Positions 14,668 to 24,566 of a stretch of 38,938 nt of DNA are shown here, one piece after another; the first letter of the stretch is position 1, and every line of letters begins with the position of its first letter. This DNA is from a virus (taxonomy: Duplodnaviria; Caudoviricetes): positions 1 to 38,938 of IMG/VR virus record IMGVR_UViG_3300033076_001279. The stretch is one strand, 5' to 3'. The position numbers and the translations under genes are program-made. The notes under the pieces were generated by a model. It saw only the letters and a program-made list of their open reading frames with translations. It made no database searches and was not told where the DNA came from.

Positions 14668-15315
14668 CTATTCTTCGATTTGTAACATATTTTTATTTTG
14701 ATAATAAACCTGCTGAAAACTAATGGCTTCTCTATGCTGCTTCTCTCTTTCTATTTTGTCAGCTTCACGTTCTAATTGATACATTTTTGTATGTTGTACG
14801 GTATTAACCGAACCATTCAATCTCGCTTTTTCTGCTTCATGTTCTTTGTCAAATTTATCATATTTATGATTTAAATATTTGTCAAAAAATTGAAAAAGAG
14901 TTACTGTATCAAACCTATTATATACAATCCCCAATTCACCTGTTTTTATCATTTTAAAACATAACATCAAATCCGATATAGATTCGTGGGTGTATTTATT
15001 TGTAAATAATTCAGCTGATTCAAAAATTTCCAATTCATTCATTTTCTCGGTGGATGTTTTTATGCTTGAATTAAATAGAGCAATTACTGCACACGCTAAT
15101 TTTAGCGGAAGTTCAGAATACTTATTTCTTAATTCAAAAATCTTGGTATTGCTTTGAACTGTATCAAGCGAAGTTAAATTCTGCAAACTCACAACTGTCA
15201 TCTGTCGCTCCATCGGCAACGATATTGCCTGAGATACTTCTACGGTATTCAAATATTTTATCAATTCCAGAGCCAACTCGTTTGAGGTACTCTTGTGATG
15301 TTTCACGATTTCCAT
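14668..15315 (-). CDS. Hypothetical replication-module protein (helicase-loader position)
   Basis: Downstream of the initiator; [17 protein letters not shown] motif. Confidence 0.6.
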   Translation of the reverse strand: MEIVKHHKSTSNELALELIKYLNTVEVSQAISLPMERQMTVVSLQNLTSLDTVQSNTKIFELRNKYSELPLKLACAVIALFNSSIKTSTEKMNELEIFESAELFTNKYTHESISDLMLCFKMIKTGELGIVYNRFDTVTLFQFFDKYLNHKYDKFDKEHEAEKARLNGSVNTVQHTKMYQLEREADKIEREKQHREAISFQQVYYQNKNMLQIEE

Positions 15316-16045
15316 TTTGTACTGTTTTTGTAATTATATTTTCTTGAATTTTTCTTTGATTCCTGTCTTTTTTTACTGCTTCAACAACCCATTGATTTAT
15401 AGCCCCATAATGTGATTTATAATAGTTCGCTTTTTTATTGAGTAAAAAGTTTGATAACTTATCAACTACTTCGTTGCAAAAATCAACACCATATTTTTGG
15501 ACTAATGTTTGAACTTCATTGTCAGATAAAAAAACATTATTATGCTCTCCATGAATACGTTTGTCTTTTTCTTTTTTAGCGGAACTTTTTTCTTTTTCTT
15601 TTTTTGTTTCTTCTAACTGTTTTTTCAATTTTTCATTTTCAAAAACTAAATCATTTAATTCAATTTCGTTAGAAATTACTTTTACGTTATCACTTACACT
15701 TACACTATCATTAACATTATCACTTACACTTACATTATCATTATCTGCTACGTTTGCTACGTCTTGCTTGCAAATGGTAGCATTTGCTACGTTTGCTTGT
15801 TTTTGCTGACCGCCTTTAGCACCTGCTAACTTCCTTTTTTCGACTACTTGCTCATACTTGTCTTTATCTCTCAAAAACTGATTAATAAAAGGAGCAATAG
15901 CCATTTTTAAGGCAAAATCAAGTTTAGGGAGTTCACCATGCAATTGATAATGATAAATTGCCTTTATAAACTCCCCAGCTTGTTCATTTGTCATTTCATC
16001 TAAAATACATAGACTGTCCAAATGCAGTAAAAATGAATTTCTCAT
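15164..16045 (-). CDS. Replication initiator-like protein (DUF6291-like N-terminus)
   Basis: RNSFLLH...[13 protein letters not shown]...[10 protein letters not shown], followed by ANVA/DNVSVS low-complexity linker. Confidence 0.75.
   Translation of the reverse strand: MRNSFLLHLDSLCILDEMTNEQAGEFIKAIYHYQLHGELPKLDFALKMAIAPFINQFLRDKDKYEQVVEKRKLAGAKGGQQKQANVANATICKQDVANVADNDNVSVSDNVNDSVSVSDNVKVISNEIELNDLVFENEKLKKQLEETKKEKEKSSAKKEKDKRIHGEHNNVFLSDNEVQTLVQKYGVDFCNEVVDKLSNFLLNKKANYYKSHYGAINQWVVEAVKKDRNQRKIQENIITKTVQNGNRETSQEYLKRVGSGIDKIFEYRRSISGNIVADGATDDSCEFAEFNFA
15687..15797. repeat. Intragenic direct repeats, candidate origin iterons
   Basis: TTATCACTTACACTTACA at 15687 and 15717; TGCTACGTTTGCT at 15746 and 15785. 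Confidence 0.55.
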
Positions 16046-16059
16046 ATTGATAAGTATTT

Positions 16060-16284
16060 TTACGCATTAGCATACGTATTTTTACGTGATTTGATAATAT
16101 TTTTTAAATAATTTTCAATATTATCATCGTTTGTTTTCCCTCTTAAATAGTTATTTACCATGTTGTCGGTATAATCTTTACTACTTTTTAAACCTTCTTC
16201 ATTAAGTTTTTGCGAAATCTTTTTTGCTGTTAATGAATTATCTAAAGCTTTTGCTTCATAAAAAAGTTTTTTTCTGTTGTTCAT
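16060..16284 (-). CDS. Cro-like small HTH regulator
   Basis: [10 protein letters not shown]...MVNNYLRG; divergent from the repressor. Confidence 0.65.
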   Translation of the reverse strand: MNNRKKLFYEAKALDNSLTAKKISQKLNEEGLKSSKDYTDNMVNNYLRGKTNDDNIENYLKNIIKSRKNTYANA

Positions 16285-16291
16285 AAGAATT

Positions 16292-16406
16292 TACAAGTAT
16301 TTGTATTTTACAAAAAATAGTATTTAATTTGTTCCGTTATGTTGTAATACTCAACAAACTAACAATGCAAACATATACAATAAATTGTAAATTACAAAAT
16401 ATTGTA
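16292..16406. promoter_or_regulatory. Lysis/lysogeny switch region with four operators and a leftward promoter
   Basis: TACAAnnnnTTGTA-like sites at 16292, 16309, 16376, 16393; minus strand TTTG(16398-16395)-N19-TATGTTTG(16375-16368). Confidence 0.8.
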
Positions 16407-16422
16407 ACTAAATAATTATTAT

Positions 16423-16950
16423 ATGGACACACTGGAGCAAAAACCAAAAAAGAAAATTTCAAAAAGAGCTTTGAAATTAATTAATCACTTAGAAGTGCCT
16501 GGCATTTCAAGCGTTGCTGAAAAGACTGGAATTTTGGCATCAAGAATTTATAACTGGAAGTATGGTGTAAATCCTACTTTTGATGCTTTAGAATCAATTG
16601 CGGATAATTTTGAAGGAATTGATTGGAATGATATTTTTTATGAAAATAAAAAAGGTCAATTAAAATCTACTTATGTTTCTGAAAATGAGAGTGAAAAAAG
16701 AATTAAAGAACTCGAACAAAAACTTGAAGAAGCGAATAAGTTAATTGAAGATAAGAATCAAACTATTGAGGAATTGAAAACTGATAAACAATCTTATTTA
16801 AAAATAATTCGTAACATTCCTGACGAAACTATGAAGTCTTTTTCGTCGGTAACTGATGAAGCCAGGGAAATAGCTCTTGAAGTTGAACAGCATTTTGAGT
16901 GGAAAAGCAGAAGGTTCATAGGTTTTAAAATTAACCAAAATAGAGCGTAA
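16423..16950 (+). CDS. CI-like HTH repressor with coiled-coil C-terminus
   Basis: ISSVAEKTGILASRIYNWKYGVNPTFDAL (XRE-type HTH); no S24 peptidase domain. Confidence 0.8.
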   Translation: MDTLEQKPKKKISKRALKLINHLEVPGISSVAEKTGILASRIYNWKYGVNPTFDALESIADNFEGIDWNDIFYENKKGQLKSTYVSENESEKRIKELEQKLEEANKLIEDKNQTIEELKTDKQSYLKIIRNIPDETMKSFSSVTDEAREIALEVEQHFEWKSRRFIGFKINQNRA

Positions 16951-17027
16951 AATTACCTATTCAGTTACCACAAATCGAACGTTTGTTCGTAAGTGGCTAA
17001 TAATAAATGATTTACGATTTTTAAAAT

Positions 17028-17045
17028 GAGTCCCAGCGGAATCAC
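17028..17045 (+). other. Candidate attP core (tRNA 3' end fragment)
   Basis: GAGTCCCAGCGGAATCAC looks like the T-loop/T-stem/acceptor 3' half of a tRNA; isolated GC-rich island upstream of the integrase. Confidence 0.7.
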
Positions 17046-17288
17046 AAAGTAACTTCAAAAAAATCTACAAATCTTCATTATTAGCACATCTGAATAAGGT
17101 TTTGAAATACCACTAATCAAAATACCTTGCCTTTTTAAAATACCATTTTGCTGTTTCGTATTAAGTAAAAATAAGTAACGTAACCCGTAAGATAAAACAA
17201 CCTTTAAACTGTTGTATTCATAAGTTTTGCATATTTATTTAGTATCAAATTCAATAACTTTTTCTTCACTAAATAAAAAAACAAGACT

Positions 17289-18632
17289 ATGAAAACACTT
17301 GCAATCATTCGAAAAATGACAGCTATCTCTGTAACCTATCGTTTCCGCCGCTCTCGTGGCAAAAATGAAAATCAAGGGCATATTCAAGTTTGCATCAAAA
17401 TTAAAGACTTTGATTATTCCCCCCTTACTTACAAACACAATGTAGAAAAATCGGTATGGGATGCAATTAATGAACCTAAAAAAGCAAAATCGAAAGAAAT
17501 TCAATTCAAAAGTATTGAGCTAAAAAAGGAGCTTGACGAATTTGTAAATACCATTCGTGCGACTTATGTTTTACTTTCTAATCAGGAACAAGAAATAATA
17601 ACAGCACATGACCTTGTTTATTATAACACAAAAACATCCGAAATTCAAAAGAAAAAAATTGAAGTTAGTAATTTATCATCTTTGATTGATGATTTTATTG
17701 AAAAAAATAAAGAAAAAGTTTTAGATAAAATTGTTCCTTTTAAGATTAAAAATAAGATTACAAAAGGAACATTCAGAAACTACAAAAAATACCAGCAAAA
17801 AATAAATGATTATCTATCTTATTCAAAACAAAAATATGTTTCAATACATAATGTAGATTTATTATTTATTGAAGGATTAGAAAAGTATTTAGACGCTAAA
17901 TATAGCACTTCATACACTGCAAAAATTATAAAATTTGTAATACAAATAATGGATTATGCAGTTAATTGTCGATATGTAAAAGTTAATTACTTGAACAATT
18001 ATAAAACTTTTTCAGGCATTCCAAGTGAGCCTTTTAATATTCCAGAAGAGGATATTAATAAGATAGAATTTTATCAATTTTATGATTCAGTAGAAAGGAG
18101 GTACGTTAATGCTTGGTTATTAGCTCGTGAACTTGCTTTACACTTTATTGATTATGCAGATTTGAAAAATGAAAACATTAATTTGAAAGATTTTTATGAA
18201 ATTGAAAATATGCAAAAAGTTTTTCATTTCGACCAAATACCAATCAAGAAAAAACAAAAAGTTTATGCTTTTCAAAAGGTTAGAGTAAAATCAAAAATAT
18301 TTCAAAACTCAATATTTACACCTCGTGCCGTAAGAATGTTTGAATATTTTGATAAAAATGTATTAATGATGCCTTTGAATGGCAAATATTCATCAATAAC
18401 CTCATTTTCTAAAATATTACGCCCAGCATTGCAAAAGGCACTTAATAGTGATGTTAATTATGTATTTTCTCATGCAAGGGATTCGATGATTTATCATCTT
18501 CTTCGTATGAAATCGCACGACCGTTTTATCATGGCAATAGCAGGGTGGCGTTCACTCGATGAATTACACAGATACGCTCGTGTTGATAATCAAATTCTTT
18601 TTGATTCAAAATATTACTCAAAAAGTGCTTGA
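17289..18632 (+). CDS. int: Phage integrase (Bacteroidota arm-binding + SAM-like + catalytic domains), divergent active site
   Basis: N-terminal beta-rich arm-binding-like region, ITKGTFRNY, C-terminal SHARDS..AGW..RY. Confidence 0.8.
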   Translation: MKTLAIIRKMTAISVTYRFRRSRGKNENQGHIQVCIKIKDFDYSPLTYKHNVEKSVWDAINEPKKAKSKEIQFKSIELKKELDEFVNTIRATYVLLSNQEQEIITAHDLVYYNTKTSEIQKKKIEVSNLSSLIDDFIEKNKEKVLDKIVPFKIKNKITKGTFRNYKKYQQKINDYLSYSKQKYVSIHNVDLLFIEGLEKYLDAKYSTSYTAKIIKFVIQIMDYAVNCRYVKVNYLNNYKTFSGIPSEPFNIPEEDINKIEFYQFYDSVERRYVNAWLLARELALHFIDYADLKNENINLKDFYEIENMQKVFHFDQIPIKKKQKVYAFQKVRVKSKIFQNSIFTPRAVRMFEYFDKNVLMMPLNGKYSSITSFSKILRPALQKALNSDVNYVFSHARDSMIYHLLRMKSHDRFIMAIAGWRSLDELHRYARVDNQILFDSKYYSKSA

Positions 18633-18732
18633 TTAATTCAGTTTTATTCACTATCTTGATTATACAAAAGGGACACAAGCATCAGGTTAGTTTAGGGGTA
18701 GATTAGCTTGATGCTTTGAAAAAAATAAAACT

Positions 18733-18981
18733 ATGACAGCTTTAGAACTTTACAGATTTATTCAAGAAAATAAAATTGAATATAGACTTCAAAAAAACAA
18801 TGAAGGCGAAGACGATGTTTTGTGTTGGTTTAACTTTATGGAGTTGTCAGAATTTACCGAACTATTAAAATTAGATATAGAATATGAAATTATGGGTAAT
18901 ATACAACGTTATCATGTTGCTGTATTTATGAAAGATATTTGTTTTAATAATGGATTTGACTTTACAGAAGTTTTTAAATGA
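18733..18981 (+). CDS. Hypothetical protein
   Basis: ORF with AAAACTATG start context. Confidence 0.7.
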   Translation: MTALELYRFIQENKIEYRLQKNNEGEDDVLCWFNFMELSEFTELLKLDIEYEIMGNIQRYHVAVFMKDICFNNGFDFTEVFK

Positions 18982-19048
18982 AGCATTTGTTAAAAACGGA
19001 TAAAAACGTTTAAAATATAAAAGTTGTGTGGATTTAAAAGTAAAAAAA

Positions 19049-19077
19049 GGCTCGGTATTTTATCGGGCTATTTTTTT
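19049..19077 (+). terminator. Intrinsic terminator
   Basis: GGCTCGGTA-TTT-TATCGGGCT-ATTTTTTT with upstream A-tract. Confidence 0.65.
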
Positions 19078-19122
19078 GATTTGTCAATTTTATTTGCTAA
19101 CTTATTACTATAATTTATTGTT

Positions 19123-19419
19123 ATGCCGAAAGAAAAGTTTTACATAGACGAATTAGATGACACTTTTGTTGGAACTATCGAACAAGTTAAACAACGTGCA
19201 ATTAAACGTAATGAAGATTATGTTAGAGCCTATGAAGCAGTAAAAGTTACTGGCACTGATTTATTCTTTTGCATACATTTTCAAGAAGTATGCGAAAAAG
19301 GACATTGTGGCAAAGAATGTGAATTTTATAAACCACGTAACGGAAAATCAGGTTGTTGTTCACACGTTGGGCAATTGTACGAACCGACAAGTAAATTTGT
19401 TGAGGTTAAATTAAAATAA
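19123..19419 (+). CDS. Cys-rich hypothetical protein
   Basis: C..C..CGKEC..Y.PRNGKSGCC cluster. Confidence 0.7.
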   Translation: MPKEKFYIDELDDTFVGTIEQVKQRAIKRNEDYVRAYEAVKVTGTDLFFCIHFQEVCEKGHCGKECEFYKPRNGKSGCCSHVGQLYEPTSKFVEVKLK

Positions 19420-19474
19420 AAAGTAATTTTTTTTAGGTTGTTAATTATTCATAGAATAACTTTCGAGTTTAACC

Positions 19475-19777
19475 TTGACTATGAAAGATAACAACTCACA
19501 CCAAATTTTTGAGGATATATTCTTGTCCTTAAAAAATAAAAATAGCATTTCTGTTTTTTTATATCTTATTAAAAATAAAGAATCAAGAAATTTTGACATT
19601 TCATTAGACCTGCAAATAAAGCCTAATTATACTTCTTCAATTTTAAAAAAAATGGTTAAGGCTGGATTGCTTTCAAAAAAGAATCAATATTTTAAAGGAG
19701 AATCAAAAAACAGTGTTTACTACTCAATTACTCCACTTGCCAGTAAAATATATAATTTAATAATTGAAAATACATAA
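19475..19777 (+). CDS. Winged-helix (ArsR/MarR-like) regulator
   Basis: DISLDLQIKPNYTSSILKKMVKAGLLSK...YYSIT. Confidence 0.7.
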   Translation: MTMKDNNSHQIFEDIFLSLKNKNSISVFLYLIKNKESRNFDISLDLQIKPNYTSSILKKMVKAGLLSKKNQYFKGESKNSVYYSITPLASKIYNLIIENT

Positions 19778-19854
19778 TTTTATTAGTTTTACATTCATTT
19801 ATTTGTGAATATAAATTTTGTTAATAACTTTGTTTGAAAGTATAAATAAAATAT

Positions 19855-20319
19855 ATGGCATTAAAAGGTAATTCAACTTGGATGCTAAGGTCTAAAAGTG
19901 GTAGGGATAAGATTTATAACTCCCCAGAGGAATTAGCAATACAAGCGGATGAGTATTTTAAATGGTGTTTGGAGAACCCTCTTGAAGAAGAGCAAGCATT
20001 TCATTATCAAGGGATAATTACAAAAACAAATGTTAGTAAGTTACGCCCATTTACATTGACAGGTCTTTGTAATTATATAGACATTGCTGTTTCTACTTTT
20101 CAAAATTATGAGAAAAACAATGATTTTTTGGCAATCACAACACGCATACGTCAAATAATTGAAACACAACAATTTGAAGGTGCTGCAAGTGGTTTCTTTC
20201 AACCGAATATTATTGCAAGAAAGTTGGGATTGATGGAAAAAACTGATGTAACATCAAACGGGGAACAGATAAAAATATTTGAATTGCCATCAAATGGTCG
20301 TGAATCAACAGGTAATTAG
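19855..20319 (+). CDS. terS: Terminase small subunit (P22 gp3-like)
   Basis: YNSPEEL...YFKWC..NPL, RPFTLTGLC, GAASGFFQPNIIARKLGL; upstream of terL. Confidence 0.88.
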   Translation: MALKGNSTWMLRSKSGRDKIYNSPEELAIQADEYFKWCLENPLEEEQAFHYQGIITKTNVSKLRPFTLTGLCNYIDIAVSTFQNYEKNNDFLAITTRIRQIIETQQFEGAASGFFQPNIIARKLGLMEKTDVTSNGEQIKIFELPSNGRESTGN

Positions 20320-21820
20320 ACCGCAACACGGTTTTCAAATGAAGTTTTTATCTAATCCAGCAGATATAGTGATTGGGGGTTCAGCTGCTGGTGTTGGTAA
20401 AACTTTTTCATTATTATTAGAGCCATTACACTATATAAAAAGAGTTAAAGGATATGGCGGGGTAATTTTTAGACGCACAACACCGCAAATTAAAAATGAA
20501 GGCGGATTATGGGATACTTCAATGGAGATTTTCCCATTTGTTGGAGCAAGACCTAAAGAATCAAACAATGAATGGATTTTTGATTATGGAAACAAAATTA
20601 AGTTTTCGCACATGGAATATGAAAAAGATAAACTTTCATGGCAAGGCTCACAAATACCGTTTATTGGATTTGATGAATTAACTCATTTTTCAGAAGGGCA
20701 GTTCTTTTATTTAATTTCTCGTAATCGTTCAGCATGTGGTATAAAACCATACGTTAGAGCTACTTGCAACCCTGACCCAGATAGTTGGGTTGCGACATTG
20801 ATTTCATGGTGGATTGACCAAGAAACAGGGTATCCAATACAAGAAAGAGATGGAGAAATTAGATATTTTATTAAAAATGGTAGTAATTACATTTGGGGAA
20901 ATTCTTTTGATGAAGTAAAAGAAAAGGCATGGTATTTTCTTAAAGAAATGGTTGAAAAATCAAATCTTAGACCAGAAAACTTTATTAAATCACTTTCTTT
21001 TATTTCAGGGTCTGTTTACGACAATAAAAAGTTACTTGAAAAAGACCCTAACTATATTTCTAATCTACTTTCACAAGATGAAGAAACACAATCGCAGTTA
21101 TTAAAAGGAAATTGGAAGCATATACCTAACGACAAAGATATTTACGATTATAATTCATTCTTAGGGATGTTTAATAACCCATATTCAAATAAAGGTAATG
21201 GAGAAAGATATATTACAGCAGATATTGCCCTTGAAGGCTCAAATAAATTTGTTATTGGCTTTTGGGAAGGTAAAAGTTTAGAAGATATTGATGTAGTTGA
21301 TAAATCAAAAGGGAATGAGGTAATTGAACGGATTAAACGTTTTCAAATTGATTATAGAGTGCCAAATAATAAAGTATGTTTTGATGCTGATGGTGTTGGT
21401 GGTTTTGTTGATGGATTTATTCAAGGTGCAGTGCCTTTTAACGGAGGTAGTCAGCCAAAAGAGGTAAAAGACACCACAAGCGGAAAAATGATAAAAGAAA
21501 ATTATTTTAATCTTAAAACTCAATGCTTTTATCGAAGTGGTGCGGCTGTTAGAAACGGTGAATACACGATTTCTGAACGTGCATCAGTAAAAATGTATGA
21601 TAAGACTAAAACAGTTAAACAAAGATTTTTAGAGGAACGTAAAGCGATAAAAAAATACAAAACCGATACAGACGGGAAACTTCGTATTATTCCAAAAGAA
21701 GAAATGAAAGTTTTATTAAATGGAGATTCTCCAGATTTAATGGATATGTTAATGATTCGTGAATTTTTCGATTTATCATCAAATACAAGTTTACCAAAAA
21801 ATATAAGTAACTTATTCTAA
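20279..21820 (+). CDS. terL: Terminase large subunit (true start probably slightly downstream)
   Basis: Walker A GGSAAGVGKT, Walker B IGFDELTHF, ATCNP, nuclease ITADIA...SPDLMD. Confidence 0.95.
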   Translation: MNCHQMVVNQQVIRPQHGFQMKFLSNPADIVIGGSAAGVGKTFSLLLEPLHYIKRVKGYGGVIFRRTTPQIKNEGGLWDTSMEIFPFVGARPKESNNEWIFDYGNKIKFSHMEYEKDKLSWQGSQIPFIGFDELTHFSEGQFFYLISRNRSACGIKPYVRATCNPDPDSWVATLISWWIDQETGYPIQERDGEIRYFIKNGSNYIWGNSFDEVKEKAWYFLKEMVEKSNLRPENFIKSLSFISGSVYDNKKLLEKDPNYISNLLSQDEETQSQLLKGNWKHIPNDKDIYDYNSFLGMFNNPYSNKGNGERYITADIALEGSNKFVIGFWEGKSLEDIDVVDKSKGNEVIERIKRFQIDYRVPNNKVCFDADGVGGFVDGFIQGAVPFNGGSQPKEVKDTTSGKMIKENYFNLKTQCFYRSGAAVRNGEYTISERASVKMYDKTKTVKQRFLEERKAIKKYKTDTDGKLRIIPKEEMKVLLNGDSPDLMDMLMIREFFDLSSNTSLPKNISNLF

Positions 21821-21822
21821 AA

Positions 21823-23220
21823 ATGAAAATAATTGATATTACAAAAACTGATAATATTGATGAATCAATTAAGATTCTAATTAAAAATAAAGCTGATAAT
21901 CAAATTGAAAAATTGAAAAAACAATTTGATGTCTATGGGCATGATGTTTTTGATAAATCGAAGCGTAAAGACAAAGAAATAAAAGACGATAAAGGAGTAG
22001 TTGAACGTCAAGAAAGCGTTAATAGAATTGGTCTTTCTATTCAAAAGCGTATTGTAAATTCTGCCGTAAATTTTACTTTTGGGAAACCAGTCCAATATAC
22101 TTGTAATTCTACTGATACATCAGAAATTGAATTACTTTCTTCTTTTAAGAATGTTTTGAAAGACAATAAAATAGAAACTTTTGACCGTGAAATTGCAAAG
22201 GCTCTATTTAAGAGTACAGAAGTTGCTGAAATATGGTATTTAGTGCCATTAGATGAAGCAAATGAAAAATATGGTTTTAACAGTAAGTTTAGAATAAAAG
22301 TTGTAAAAGTTTGTGAATGGGATGGTGATTTGTTGTTTCCTATTTTTGACACAACAGGCAATTTAATTTGTTTTTCAAGAAAGTATGTTATAAAAAATGA
22401 AGAAGGTAAAAGTATTGAGTTTTTAGATGTATTTACTGATGAAGAAATAGTTAATTATCAAAAGTCTGATAATGGATGGATAGAACTTACAAGAGTTGAA
22501 AATTTAATAAAAAAAATACCAGTCATTTATGCAAAACAAGAAAATTCCGAATGGCACGATGTGCAAAGTGCAATAGATAGATTAGAAATTTTATTGTCAA
22601 ATTTTGCTGATACAGACGATTATCATGCAGCACCTAAAATTTTTGTTCAAGGTGGATTAAGTGGGTTTTCTCAAAAAGGTGAATCAGGTGCTATTTTAAT
22701 TGGGGAAAATGGAGCAACTGCCGAATATTTATCTTGGAATCATGCTACCGATGCTGTAAAACTTGAAATTGAAACTTTATTTAAAATTATTTACTCACAA
22801 ACACAAACACCTGATATTTCTTTTGATAATCTTAAAGACTTAAATCAAATTAGTGGTGTAGCTTTGAAGATGTTATTTATGGATGCTCATTTGAAAGTAA
22901 TGGATAAAAAGACAATATTTGATAGTTATATTCAACGTAGAATTAATGTAGTTTTGGCGTTTTTAGCACAAATCAATACTAAACTTGCAAAAACTATTCA
23001 AAAAATAGACATCAAACATGAAATAATTCCTTACATGATTGAAGACCAAAAAGCAAATATTGATTTATTAATTAGTGCAAATAATGGTAAACCACTTGTT
23101 TCTCAAAAAACATCAATTTCTTTAGCTGGATTAGTTAATGATGTTGATACAGAATGGGAACAGATTCAAAAAGAAGAAACACAAGCAAATCAAGAAGCAA
23201 TTGGAAGTACAGTAATTTGA
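21823..23220 (+). CDS. Portal protein (SPP1 gp6-like)
   Basis: Position after terL; KIPVIY, SQTQTPDISF, SGVALK motifs. Confidence 0.92.
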   Translation: MKIIDITKTDNIDESIKILIKNKADNQIEKLKKQFDVYGHDVFDKSKRKDKEIKDDKGVVERQESVNRIGLSIQKRIVNSAVNFTFGKPVQYTCNSTDTSEIELLSSFKNVLKDNKIETFDREIAKALFKSTEVAEIWYLVPLDEANEKYGFNSKFRIKVVKVCEWDGDLLFPIFDTTGNLICFSRKYVIKNEEGKSIEFLDVFTDEEIVNYQKSDNGWIELTRVENLIKKIPVIYAKQENSEWHDVQSAIDRLEILLSNFADTDDYHAAPKIFVQGGLSGFSQKGESGAILIGENGATAEYLSWNHATDAVKLEIETLFKIIYSQTQTPDISFDNLKDLNQISGVALKMLFMDAHLKVMDKKTIFDSYIQRRINVVLAFLAQINTKLAKTIQKIDIKHEIIPYMIEDQKANIDLLISANNGKPLVSQKTSISLAGLVNDVDTEWEQIQKEETQANQEAIGSTVI

Positions 23221-23221
23221 A

Positions 23222-24262
23222 ATGGCACAAGACCCAAAATCAGAGAATGAACATAGAAAAAGAATAGAAGAATCAGTTAAAAAAATTGACAACTTATACT
23301 ATTCGACAGTAAATAGGCTTGTAGGTATTGCAGCAACTATAAACATTGTTGATACTACAAAAATTTTTTCATTTAATGATTACCCATCAATAAAAGCATT
23401 AGTAAATAAAATTATACTTCAATATTTTCAAAATGTAAAGTCAATTATTGAACGTGGCTCAACAGATGAATGGTTTAAGGCTTCACAAAAAAATGACACT
23501 AAATTAAGTAATCTTTCTAAATACAATTCAAGAAATTCGGAAGCACTAAAAGAGTTTTTAAAACGTGTGGAAGGTGGTTTGGATTTATCAAGTAGGGTTT
23601 GGAATTTAACCGAACAATTTAAAGCTGAAATTGAACTTTCTATAAGTGCAGCTCTGTCAGATGGTACACCTGCAAAAAGTTTAGCTACGTCAATAAAAAA
23701 ATATTTAAAAGAACCTGATAAGTTATTTAGACGTGTAAGAGATGTTTATGGTGTTCTTCAGTTATCAAAGAAAGCAAAACAATACAAGGCTGGACAAGGA
23801 GTATATAGGTCTTCTTATAAAAACGCTTTAAGGCTTACACGTACTGAAATAAATATGGCTTATAGAACTTCTGACCATATCAGATGGAAGAATGACCCAA
23901 GCGTTGTAGGTTTTGAAATTAAGCTATCAAATAGGCATAAAGTAAGGGATATTTGCGATGATTTAAAAGGCAAATATCCTAAAACTTTTTTATTCAAAGG
24001 ATGGCATCCGCAATGTTTGTGCTACAAAACACCAATATTAATGAATGATTCTGATTTTGAAAAATTACAGCAGTCGATATTAGATGATGAACCACTCCCA
24101 AAAAGTTTTAAAGCAAAAAATGAAGTAAAAGAAGTCCCAAAAGATTTTAAAAAATGGGTAAATGATAATAAAGAACGGTCGAAAAACTGGAAAAATCAAC
24201 CGTACTTTGTAAAAGACAATTTTACAAATGGGAAATTAGATGGAGATTTAAAACCTAATTGA
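23222..24262 (+). CDS. Head morphogenesis/minor capsid protein (SPP1 gp7-like)
   Basis: RLTRTEINMAY, DICDDLKG, WHPQCLC. Confidence 0.85.
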   Translation: MAQDPKSENEHRKRIEESVKKIDNLYYSTVNRLVGIAATINIVDTTKIFSFNDYPSIKALVNKIILQYFQNVKSIIERGSTDEWFKASQKNDTKLSNLSKYNSRNSEALKEFLKRVEGGLDLSSRVWNLTEQFKAEIELSISAALSDGTPAKSLATSIKKYLKEPDKLFRRVRDVYGVLQLSKKAKQYKAGQGVYRSSYKNALRLTRTEINMAYRTSDHIRWKNDPSVVGFEIKLSNRHKVRDICDDLKGKYPKTFLFKGWHPQCLCYKTPILMNDSDFEKLQQSILDDEPLPKSFKAKNEVKEVPKDFKKWVNDNKERSKNWKNQPYFVKDNFTNGKLDGDLKPN

Positions 24263-24458
24263 TTTTGTTTTTTCGATATTTTTCAAAATCATCAAAAGTC
24301 ATTAATCCTCTTTTACTTATACCATTGTAATCCCTTGCTTTTGATACGTGCCTTTCTGCTGTACGTGTAGAAATATCAAAAATATCTACAATGTCTTTAA
24401 TTCTAATAGCTTTATTGCCATTGGCAACGTTAATTTTTTTGTTTTGATTTAATTCCAT
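24255..24458 (-). CDS. Small HTH protein, divergent from the head operon (start probably ATG 24458)
   Basis: IRIKDIVDIFDISTRTAERH HTH-like segment. Confidence 0.65.
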   Translation of the reverse strand: MELNQNKKINVANGNKAIRIKDIVDIFDISTRTAERHVSKARDYNGISKRGLMTFDDFEKYRKNKIN

Positions 24459-24461
24459 TCG

Positions 24462-24544
24462 TTTACCGACAGATTTACGCAAATTCACACATTACTACGC
24501 AAATCTAAAAAAAATATTTTTTATTTCAATTACTTTACATTCAA
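24462..24544 (+). promoter_or_regulatory. Candidate late promoter, copy 1
   Basis: TTTACCGACAGATTTAC (24462) and AATTACTTTACATTCAA (24528); both recur at 36004 and 36060. Confidence 0.65.
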
Positions 24545-24566
24545 AAATAAGTGAATATATCGTTCT

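Noticed and set aside
17028-17047. Intact tRNA gene
   Set aside because: Only the 3' about 18 nt is tRNA-like; upstream sequence cannot form D or anticodon arms.
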